Assembly (NCBI GenBank): GCA_013239625.1
Contig: MU054323.1
Location: 6,189,220-6,253,219, forward strand
Length of the DNA stretch: 64,000 bases
Direction of reading: 5' to 3'
Origin: Lama guanicoe
Lineage: Eukaryota
Under the pieces are notes generated by a model. It had not been told where the DNA came from. It saw only the letters and a program-made list of their open reading frames with translations, and did no database searches. Below are positions 1 through 11,312 of this stretch, in pieces. Position numbers and translations under genes: made by a program. Numbering within the stretch: the stretch's first letter is position 1; every line of letters starts with the position of its first letter.

Positions 1-924
1 ACAAGACAAAGAACAGGGAACAGTTAAACATAAAATTATCACATATAGCTGTAAGATAATAATTAGGGTCAAATATCTGATACTAGTCACATTTAGAACC
101 TACAAGTTAAAATTCTTCTGAGTAACATATTTAATTTCTGTCCACATTATCCTCAAAGGAGAATTTGGGTAAATACTTAGGCAACATGTATAGCTTTGAA
201 AATGTTGGCTTTTGTCTTCTATGTATATTCTAGTTTCCAACACTCCCGCTACCCTCAAACGGCCAAGTGTTCTGCAAATCAGAATACTAAGCTTTCAAAT
301 ATTCACAGGAGCTTGTAAAAGTAATACAACATTCATGTAATTTCTATTTGCTACACAACAGATCCCGAGGTTGTTTTTCTAATACATAACAAGTGGTTCC
401 GTTGCTAAGACAATACAGGCCTCTTAGGCCTCTTGACTAAAGATATGAAAAAAACTGAGCAGAGCCAAATCATGCTTTTGACCTGAATCACTTTTTTTTT
501 TGCATCTATAACAGTGAAAGAATAAAGTTACAAGTGCACCATTTCAACTCTAACTGTGAGATAAAGCCATATTCTTTGATTATACAAGTGCATTCTGTAG
601 TAAACAGTTACCAGGTACCAGAAATCACTGCTTCTTTCTCAAAAGTAATATTTCAATGTGGTTATAATTGAGTTACACAGGGAAAAAACATCGGCATTGA
701 TTCTTTCTACTGGCTTTCTCTAATGGCTCAAATTCATTTTTCACTATCAGTTCCTAGATCTGTTCCAAAATAGGATTAAATTATAAATGTGGCCCAGGGA
801 ATATAATAAGCATTAAGTACAAAGGGTCATTCTAAAGCAAATATGCAAGTACCCACCAAGGAACCAATTTATGAAAAATTAAAGCACAACATAGATAATG
901 ATAACAATAATAAAAATATGAATG

Positions 925-1200
925 ACTAGCCTTTATGGAATACTTAGGACATCCCAGGCACTATGCTAAGGGCTTAATGTATTCAGGTTGAAACATGAAA
1001 ATGGCAAGTTCGTAAGTTTTAATGTAACACATTTTCTCATCTAATCTCATCTACAACCACTTCAATGAGAAGAGTACTATAATTATCCCTATTTGCAGAT
1101 AAGAAAACTAAAATTTAGAGGACTTAACTCAATCAACTTAAATAACTAGGAACCAAAACTAGGACTAAAGTCTAGGTGTACATTCAAACCCAGGCTATCA
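925..1200 (-). mobile_element. MIR SINE remnant
   Basis: caggcactatgctaag...attatccctatttgcagataagaaaactaaa resembles the MIR core. Similar remnants near 5740-5870, 10270-10360, 14035-14240, 17960-18080, 26850-27050, 33640-33860, 37470-37690 and 62200-62340. Confidence 0.7.
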
Positions 1201-2252
1201 TTACCTACTACGCAGTAGGAGTAAACTCTGTGCTGTGAAAAACTAACAGAATGAGGGTTAGGCACTCAAGGACTCTCACCCACTGCTCAAGACCACTATA
1301 TAGACTCTCGAACAGTTGTACCTCACCAAGAATCCAGGAAGGGAATCAAATGAGGCTGATATCCAATCCAGCCCATTCTTTACCAGCCAAATTGTAGCCC
1401 TGCTGCAGATGCCATCTACACTGAAAAAGAGATTCTCTCATTCACACAAAATTGCTACACTGGCTAACAAGTTGCCTTAATACTGCTAGCAGAAAATTTT
1501 AAAAACTGTGAGAAAATTTTAACAACTTAGATTAAAAGCCTTAAAAGAGATATACATCCTTTGATCCAGAAATTTCATTTTAAGGAATTTATCTTAAGGA
1601 AATAATTAAGGATGTACATAAAATTTATGCTATATTCATCAATGTTATAAAAAACACTAAAATATCTAGTATGTCCAACAATAGTGTACTAACTATTACA
1701 GTATAGCCATATGACTAAAATTATGTGATAGAAATATAAGAAAGTTTATAAAGTTACATCTTGATTTTAGGAAATACATTATGTATATATGTATTTCATA
1801 TATAATATATCTATATGTGAAAGAGAAAGAAGGAGAAAACACTAGGTAATAGGACTATAGGTTACTTTAATTTTCTTCATTTTTATACTGTTTTTCTATA
1901 TGACATAAAGAAAAGTTTAAAAAAAAAAAAGCTTAACAAACAACAAAAACTACAAGAGATAAATGACCTAATACAAAGCTTAGAAACTGTTAGATACCAC
2001 AGCCATATGAAATTTTATTCCACCTCTTAACTGGGAATTAAAATATGTAATTTACTGTGGTCCAAATTTAGACAAAAAATACTTCATTCTATGTAGAAAT
2101 GAGAAAGCTAGGTCATCTAACAGGTGGCCTGAGTTGAGAACCACTGCCCATAAATATAGGCATAAAGCAGAAACTGTATTCTGATCATCTTTAGATAACT
2201 AAAAGTTAAATGAATTTTTAAAAAATAAGAAGTATCTTACCTGTATATAACC

Positions 2253-2779
2253 TGTTGAAGAAACTGAACCTGAACAGAGTGAGAAAAAGAAAAAAAGACC
2301 CCTGCCAGCTGGGAACTGACCTGGTATTATCAGGAGGCCTTGGTGTATTCATGTTAAACAAACAATTTTATAGAACATTACTCTATGACCATGATGGGTC
2401 AAGATAAAAAGACCACTCCGTAATCACATCTGAACACAGACAAAAGCATGAACATTGTCCTAATAACAAAAATAAATATAATCCTATCCTGGATAAAATG
2501 AATGACTGCTGCTTCTTTACCAATCACAGCTTTAACCTTGCTCCATTCTTCATACCTTTCAAGCTCTTAAAATAACTAGTCTCAAAATTACTCCCACTTC
2601 CTAAGAGCATCTAATCCACTGCAAAGCCCTACTTCCTCCCCAAAAATCACTTAACACAAGTTCAAATCCTATATAATGTTCCCCATAATAGACATTCTCC
2701 CTTGTTACAATGTATCAATAAATCCACCTTATTTAACTACAGATAGCTTCCTGGAGGTCTTCCCCGGAGGGCATTAAAA
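2253..2779 (+). mobile_element. Solo LTR, old ERV (MER54/MER74-like)
   Basis: Starts TGTTG. Internal ctgctgcttctttaccaatcacagc and a TATA-like tatataa. AATAAA is followed by ...ttcctggaggtcttccccggagggcattaaaa, like the recalled MER54-type LTR end. Confidence 0.6.
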
Positions 2780-3315
2780 GGGTTGGGACTACAGATTTGA
2801 GTACAGAGTGGAATTAGAAGCAAAGAGTAAAATTATATAAAAATACCTATAACCTATAGATCAGATAATGTGTACCTAAAGGAGTCTTTTGATATGTGAA
2901 TTTATCCTAGTGAGTTCCCACAATTCAAAATTCCTAGTCTTTAATCATTACTGGTGATAATGACTAAATAAATAAATTTCAAATTCTCAACTATTCAGTT
3001 TCCCATCTTACCTGAACAAAATAAGAATTTCAGGATAAAAAGTGAAAGGTAAATCAAGAAATTAACCCCTGAACATAATACCTAAAATAATAAAATCCTC
3101 TAAATTAAGTACATTATTTAATAATTAAATAAATGAATTCATAATTAAATTTACTATTTAAGTGTATTATTAGTTCCTTATCAGTAAGTGTCAAAATACA
3201 ATAACATGTTGTTAAGATAAACTTATCCATCTGAAACATGAGTATGCTTTATTTAAACTTTAAATTATCTTCTCACTGATCACCAAAGTCAACCTTACCC
3301 AGGGCGAGATCTTAC

Positions 3316-3475
3316 CTCCCGGGTCCTTATCTGGATTGTATTCTAAAGCATTGCTACAGATAAGGTCAATATCTTTCAGGAAATCCTTGGCAGTCAGGTA
3401 ATTATGCTTATCAATTTTAGTTATTACTGTTGATAAATCCATAGGTTCCTTGATGACTTCAAGATAATCTGAAAC
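3316..3475 (-). CDS. ATAD2B: ATAD2B coding exon, window exon 11 (bromodomain core)
   Basis: Acceptor ttgttttAG|GTT, donor GAG|GTAAGA; 160 nt. Encodes VSDYLEVIKEPMDLSTVITKIDKHNYLTAKDFLKDIDLICSNALEYNPDKDPG, with the acetyl-lysine-binding Asn in EYNP. KPVDIEEVSDYLEVIKEPMD matches my recollection of ATAD2B rather than ATAD2 (KPVDPDEVPDYVTVIKQPMD). Confidence 0.96.
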
Positions 3476-4243
3476 CTAAAACAAACAGGATATTTTAATG
3501 AAAATTACTTCTGGTATTTCATATGATCTACTCATAAAACACAAAATAAAACTACACAGTTATTTAAAAATTAAATACAGATATCTAGGAAATAATTACA
3601 GATTAGAATAAAATTATAGAGCAAGTTACACTACTAAAGTTACTATGTCATACTTTCCATGAAAAGCTTCAGTTTCAAGCCATATCTAAATCAACTCTGA
3701 AATGTTTCGCATCTTGAAATATGAAACCAACTGTGTCAGCTAACTTTTTTTTAAATCCTTTGGACATACCTGAGAAGAGAATGTATAGGTAAAAGCACCC
3801 AATAAGCATCAAAAAATGTTACGTCAAGAAAAATTTTTTAAAGGAAAATAAAAATAAACATAGATTTTTTTCTAATTATTAGACAAGTTCTCTGGTAAAT
3901 CTCTTTAAAATCTCTAACAAAAGGAAATTTCTCTCTTTTTCAGTTTCCATAGTGAATCGTTTCATGGAAAGCATTTTTTGCTCCTTTGGAGTCATTACAA
4001 ATATTTTGAGTCAATAACATAACAAAAATAAGTATTGCTTTCATGACTAGTGAAAGATTTGTTTGCTAGTCTTGTCCCTAAAGATAAGCAAATCTACAAG
4101 CAAAAAAAGATATATATTTTGCTCTATGTACTGATTTTCTGGGAGATAACCCAAAATAAATGACATTAAGTCATGACTGCCCAGTAAGTTGCATGTCTTA
4201 TATCACCTGACCAATAAGAAAGCTCTTCCAACCTACATATCTA

Positions 4244-4559
4244 CAGGCATAATTCATTTTATTGTACTTCCCTTTATTATGCTTTGCAGATTCTGCATTT
4301 TTTATAAATTGAAGGTTTGTGGCAACCTGTATTGTCAAATGATGGTCAGCATTTTTTAGCAATCAAGCATTTTTTAACTAATGTATGTACATTTTTTGTA
4401 CACATAATGCCACTGCACATTTAAAAGACTACAGTATAGTGTAAATAACTTTTATATACACTGGGAAACCAAAAAAATGTGACTTGCTTTATTGCAATAT
4501 TCACATTACTGCAGTGGTCTAGAACTGAATCCACAATCTCTCTGATGTATGTATGCCTA
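4244..4559 (+). mobile_element. Internally deleted Tigger1 DNA transposon
   Basis: TA|caggcata...tatgccta|TA termini. Contains aaattgaaggtttgtggcaacc and ttgctttattgc...gtggtctagaac, typical of the Tigger1 ends. Confidence 0.85.
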
Positions 4560-6875
4560 TATTGTCTTCCTCAATGCAAATTTCAAATCAAGTAATTAGG
4601 TCTGATAGAAACACAGTCTTAGACACATTTAATTAGTCTAGGACCAGTTCTGGGGATGGGATAATTTTGGATCTACTAAACTGTAGACTAGTTTTCTCCA
4701 CTGCAGATGGCACTGATGCCTTGATATTTTTTTAATTTACACATATAATGTATATTTATATATATATATATATATAAATGTACATAAACACATATATAGA
4801 AATATATGCATATAAATACACATATATGTATTTTTACGTTTTTAAAATTTTAGGTAAGTGTGTGTGTATGTTTTAATTTATTTTTCAACTTCCAGGATCT
4901 AAAAAGCCAGTCAGTCTCCTTATAAGGGAGATAGTGAAGCTATCCCCAACAAGCAATAGTTTGGAAGACATTAGTTAGATTCTTGGCTCTGACACTTGAC
5001 ATGTGTTGTGTACGTGTGAAAAATGTTTTATAAACCTTTGTACGATAAAAATTTATATTACTAAAGACTGTAAAGTTTCACCACCAATGCCTAATTTTAA
5101 ATTCAACAACTATTTTCTAAACTTTTGTTTTCTTTGCAATTTGCTTTGGAATTTGATAAAGTTTTTAGACATTTCAAATTTCATTATTTTAATACAAGTT
5201 TTTGTGTTTTAGGTTACTTAAATGTTATCTTGGTTTCCCCTCTCTATCTTTCTCAGAGACCTCTATGTTTTCAGCCTTAAGAGCAAATGAATAACCAGTA
5301 ACAGAATAAACCTGAGAAGAAAAAAAGAGGAAAAAGAGAAAACATAACCCTTAAAACAAGTTTTATCTGACCAACATTTTCTATCCACTTCCACTGCCTT
5401 ACCACCATTTATAAAACTTTTACTCTAGCACAGATGGCATTTGAAATCTGATAACCTCTTACAGTTAGAAAGAAAGTTTTCCTGGACAAAGGCAAAATTG
5501 GTTCACTCCCAGGATGGGAGGTTAACTTGGGGGCAAGAAGTTCTTATCAATTAAGTGTCAGAATTCCCATACTCAATTTGAAATAAAAATAAACCTTTAA
5601 ATCAGTCTTTAAAGTGGGCTGATAGTGTTAAGATTATCTGAAAACATTATGAGGAAAAAAATACTTCACAAATATAAAATTTGTGTTAATTGCAAAAGCA
5701 AATAGGCAAGTCCTGCCATTCCAGTGGAAAAAGACATAAGGTAGCTGTGATGTAATGGAAAGAATGTGGGCTTCAAATTTTAAGAAACATTTGAGTCTTG
5801 GCTGTGTCACCTGCCAATGAAACTGTTTCTTTAGCTGCAACATAATAATGCCTTTGTGAGGTTGTTGAAAGTATCAAATGGCTAAAACTATGTATTGTGG
5901 ATAAAAATACAAATATGATTTATTCCAAAAAAAAGAGGGGAGGGAGATAGATATTTTCAGGCTTTCCAACGGGAAAAAACATAATGCTAGCTCACAGGCA
6001 CAGATGAGGTAATGGTTCCAAAGGATTCTGCTCAGATCCAAGAGTACAAATTTCACAACGAGGACACAACATTAAACTTTGAATCATTTCATAATTCAAA
6101 TTTTTAAAAATTAAGAAATATTAAAACTAAAAACACCAAAGCTGTTCAAACATGGAGTCTGAACTAAGGAGAAGGCCAGTAAGGATTGCAATGTGTTCAT
6201 CCACACACTATATTATCCCAGGATAAAAAAAATAAAGAACAAAAAAAGGTTTATTTCACAGTATTATAGGAGATTCCAAATGGAAAATTTCTTTTTTTCA
6301 TCATCACAAACCATGCTCCCACAGGACACAAAACAATACACATTGAAAGTGAGAAATTTTCCACTGGGAGCAGAAAAAATACTTGGAGAGAAAAATAACT
6401 TTAGCTGTACAGGATGTGCTTAGTCACAGGCATTTCCAAAATATGAAAGACAAATTTCAGGTTTCTTAGCCACTTCTTTTGATAAGGTATACATAATATG
6501 GGAAATGTTAATATTAATTGGTATTGATTGGTTAATATCAATATTCTTTTTGAAAGCAGGATTTATCCTGGAATAAAAATAGTCTAGTATGGACATTTCA
6601 CTAAAGTAACTTTTAATCCTCTTCTTAAACTGAAGAGTAAGAGATCACAAAGATCAATACTAATTAAGAAGACATATACAAATCATCACTAGTTTCATCC
6701 AAAAGTCACCAGATGTTTGCTGATGACATTGGTAGTTATCACATGGATTAAAATTTTACAGGCTAGCGGTAATATTCATCCATGCCTTTGCTTTTTTTCC
6801 TTCCAAAAAAAGATGTCAACATTTTTTTCTTTTAGCCAGTTCAACTTCACTGTTTGCACACTACTGAAACAAGAC

Positions 6876-7072
6876 CTCTTCAATATCCACCGGTTTGCTG
6901 AAGATGTTAAAGCGTTTATCTGTGGCCAGCCTCTTGGTTACATCCCTGAGAAACAACCGCAACTCTCTTAAAGTATTTTCCTCTTGGTCCTCCATCCGAA
7001 TTTTTTCTGATTCTGATAATTGACGAGGTGGAGAAGGTAGTGCAAGTGGAAGCACTTCCATAGTACAAAGAC
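6876..7072 (-). CDS. ATAD2B: ATAD2B coding exon, window exon 10 (start of bromodomain)
   Basis: Acceptor ttttctttAG|GT, donor GAG|GTCTTG (weak); 197 nt. Encodes LCTMEVLPLALPSPPRQLSESEKIRMEDQEENTLRELRLFLRDVTKRLATDKRFNIFSKPVDIEE. Confidence 0.93.
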
Positions 7073-9042
7073 CTAAAGAAAATAGAAGAAAATGTTAAGA
7101 TTCCAGCACAGCAGGGCCAGGACCTCAATTACTTTTCTGGCACTCTCTCAAAATGTCCTTTTAAAAAAAGGAGAATTCCAAATGTATGTGAAACATGCAA
7201 ACCCAGCAAGTAAAAATTTGAATGGAAACCAAAAATATATTAGGGAATAGTTTCACTTTATAAGATAACTTACAACAGGACTCCTTTAAAGGGCAAATTG
7301 TATGATTTTAAATAATTTTATTTTGAGGTATTATTTACATACAACTTATGAGAAATATTTCAAATCAACATAAATATGTTCAGATGAAAGACTTCTATAC
7401 TGATTTGCTTAGGTCAACCTTGTTTAAAAACTGCTTCTCAAAATGAGGTGCCTTACATGCAAGAAAGTTAAATAGGCAAGTAACAATTCTTTGATCCTTC
7501 CCATTCCCAAAAGACTTCTGATGTTAGACAAGTCTCCTACCCTCACATTCTTACTACAACACAGTAGGAATAGTGAATGGCACCTGCAGGGAGCAAAAAA
7601 ATAAAAATAAAAATAAAAAAGTAGTAACTAAAAAAAGAATCCCAAAGACATAAAAAAGATGGAAAACCCAGTCTTAAGTGCCATATATAAAATCTACAGT
7701 ATTCACTATCTACCATAAAACAAAACATCTTCTGAGAACGTGAAGTATTAACTTGCCTAATCATAATGTTCTCTAAGTCCTTAAAACATTTTCTGGTATC
7801 ACACTGAAGCTCAGGATTAAAATTCTAAGTATTCTGGCTGATTTCTAAATAGCCCTAAGATGAAAAATAAAAGTCAACAGAAGCAATTGAAAAAGAAAAA
7901 AAATTATGTTCATCCTCAACACAGAAAATTCAGATCCATGGAACTAAAGTACATCAGGGAGCATGCAAGATACCTTATTAAAATGAATCACTCTAATAAT
8001 GAAATACTTTAAATGCTGTTATTTAGATTAACAGAAAGCAACAACCAATAATCAGAAAGTGTGACTTCCATGTTGAATTTCCCAAAGTTTCTGGGGGGAA
8101 AAAACTCCACAACTATAGCCATTTGATAGGCGTTCATCTTTAAAACACTGAGAAAATGTGGAAAGGAGTCACTAAAGGACAATAAACTTATTAAAGTATT
8201 GGATAATATAACCACTAAAAAAGAAGTACAACAAATATGAAAAAGCAAAGAGCTGGCAGAGATGGTAAATGTATTTAGTATTTTAAATGAAGAGCTACAA
8301 GAAACATAAAAAATAGAACAAGGGAAAAGAGACTTAAAATTTTTTAATAAACAGAACTGTTATTTTTGAGGAGAGGCTGAAAGATTAAACAAGGGCATCT
8401 TATCTTTTGTGCAGCTTTAAGATTAGGAAAAGAAACTCTTTTGAATGATTTAGACTGCAGTCCTTAAATCAGGGGACTAAAATCTGACAAATTTTGAGGC
8501 CCCTCTTAATGCTGTGGGCCCAAATCCAAGAAAATTCCAATGCTTAAAAGAAAGCCATCATAGATTTCCAAGTGTCTAGGATAAGATACCTAATATAATA
8601 GGTGCTCAATAAATATTTGAGAAATTAATCAATAAACCAGAAAAGGCAAATGTTCTAACCAGTTCTTGGCCCATCAAAACCACCCTGGCCCAGAAAGCAA
8701 TCAGCACAACACCTGTTGTTCAGTCTTTTTTCTTTGACTTTTTGAGCCTCAGAATGTGAAACTACCAGAGTATCTGGACTGAAGTGATAAGGAGAATACT
8801 TCATTAACAGTCACCTATTAGTAAAACTTTAACAACGAGGCTGTACTTCCCAATGTCTTCAAATCAGGTAAACACAATGGCCACTTCCACATGTATCCAA
8901 CTAAAGTTCAAAAAAAAAACCTGAAAAACTGTCTTCACTTCCACAAAGAAATTTTTTTTTCTTTTTTCAAAAAAATGACTCCAAGAAAGGTATTTCTTAA
9001 CTCTAACCACCCCCATTTTCCTAAAGGCTTTAGGAACTTTAC

Positions 9043-9178
9043 CAGTGTGTTTCCTTCGTGGTGGAGCCATTGAGGCCTGATTGAGAATCAGTTCTTGGAA
9101 AAATTTTCTTCTGTCTTCTTCAATAGGCCTTTGAATATACAAGACCTCTTCGTACTGTATTCTAAAGATACATTTAAC
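9043..9178 (-). CDS. ATAD2B: ATAD2B coding exon, window exon 9
   Basis: Acceptor tgtgtgtAG|GTT, donor CTG|GTAAAG; 136 nt. Encodes VKCIFRIQYEEVLYIQRPIEEDRRKFFQELILNQASMAPPRRKHT(G). Confidence 0.94.
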
Positions 9179-11312
9179 CTACACACATACACACACACAC
9201 AAAGACATTAAATATTAAGAGAATTAAAAGCTTCTTACATATTATACCAAATTACAATTTCTTCAACTTTGGTACCATTTTCAATATTCACTGAACATTC
9301 ACATGGAGTTAAGGTTAACCTAGTCTTAGGCTATGCTGTTCAACCCCACGGACTAAACAAGAATGGAAGAGTGACCCAGTTGCCCAAGTCATTAATAAAT
9401 TATACTACAATATAAAAAAGGATAGCTGATTCTAACAGTCAGATGGCAACAATCTCAAAAGGCTTCTGCATAAGAGCTGAAAAATAATTACCTAGAGTCT
9501 ACAACAGAGAGGTGGGAGGATGCTAACAACACTGACTTCTCTTACCCTGTTTCTGTGTAATTTCCTGTCCACTGATTTCCCTTCCCAGGCTTTTTCCCTA
9601 CCAAGTCTATTCCACTGTATCCTTTGGAATCCTGGTTTCACTGCAGATAAACTATACCTTTGATCTCATCATAGAATGCTCCACAATGACACCACCACCT
9701 TCTATGCAAAAGTCCCAAGCAAAATAAGCCAGTCATGCTCATATCCCTCAGTTTTGTCCAGTCAGTGACAACCATATCTCCTTTGTTTGCCTGCTCTATA
9801 AAGACTTTGACCTCAGATGCTCCCCTTGCAAGACATGCTGTTTAAATCCACATTTGCCTACAAAATTTATTTAAGTTATATGTGTTTCGAGAAGGTCTGT
9901 TTCCTACCTCTAGACACAAAACTACCTGAGAAGAGAATTTGTGTTTTCCTACCCCTACCACAGCGCCTAGTACATAGTTATGCTATATAAACATGTACTG
10001 AATGAGTAAAGCTTGTGATTTTTGTTCCCCAGCCCACATCAAATTGGAAACTGCAAAAAAAAAAAAAAGTCACTAAATATGGAAGGAAGTACCAACAATG
10101 ACAGTGTGGAAAGACAATTAAAATTCAAGACATCAGATGCTAGTCCAAATTTAGGCACATATTTCTGGCAAACTTTGGATAATCCATTCAATTTTTCATG
10201 TGTAACTACTCACTGAATTGAAGACTTTGAATTGAAGACTTAAATATTATTTTAATCTAGCTTTGTAACAATAAGGTACATAGGAGTTTCTCATTTTACA
10301 GATGAGAAAACTTGGGCTTGGAAAGGTTTAAGTACCTGGCTTAAAGTCACAAAATGAATAAAGAGAAAAGACTAGATTCTATAAGCACTAAAGGCCTTTG
10401 CCAGCTCTAAAATTCTAAGATAGAGAAGAAACAATCAATGAATGAAAAGCAGCCATCAGAATTCATCATTTGGATGGGAAATTATTTATCCCAAAACCCA
10501 AAATGAAATCCTTTAAGAGCTTATATAAAATTTCACCTTGTGACTTTCCGTTTTTTCTTTTGAAGTGGTATACCTTCATGTATAATTCACTCCAACCCTT
10601 TGATCTATACTTTGCTGGCCTTTATTTGAAAGTTCTGGCAAGTAAATTTACCACTAAATACCCATTATGTGCCAAATATCATGCCAGACACTGCAGTTAT
10701 AAACTTGAAGGAAATATGCTTACTTCCTGCTGTCAAGGATCTTAAATCTCATAAGAAAGCATTGTACCTTACCAGAAGTGTTAATAACAGAGGTAGTGAA
10801 ACATGCAAAGGGCTGGGGTGAAGAGACATTAGATACAGCAGAAAATGCCAACATTAACTGGGTCTTGAAAAATAAACAGAATGCAGTACCACAGAAGTAC
10901 CAGGATTTTGTTCAAGGGTAGCAAAACATTAAATTTCAGTTTCAAATATTCTTCCATCTGATCATTTTTAACATTGTGTTGAACTTTGTGAATACAAAAC
11001 ATACCAAGAGCAAGTCTACAATAATCTCCTGATCTTCTTGCCAGGTTATTACTAACAGCTTATTTTTCTCTAAATTTACTCCTAACTTAATTTTCTGACA
11101 TACCCAGCCTCAAACTTCATGCTCCAACAAGTAAAGCCTCGTATAATTCCCTGAGCAAATCACGTTCTCTTTCACACTGGTTCATAATGGTCTTTATATA
11201 TGCTATTCACTCCTTCCTCAACAGTTTAACTCTCCGCTTAAGCTGATGCTTTCCAGGTGTTGCTCTGACTTTCCCAGATAAATTTAGACATACCTTCTAC
11301 TATCTCTCGTTA

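Noticed and set aside
400..414. RFX X-box-like motif cgttgctaagacaat
   Set aside because: Imperfect single motif that cannot be supported without conservation or ChIP data.
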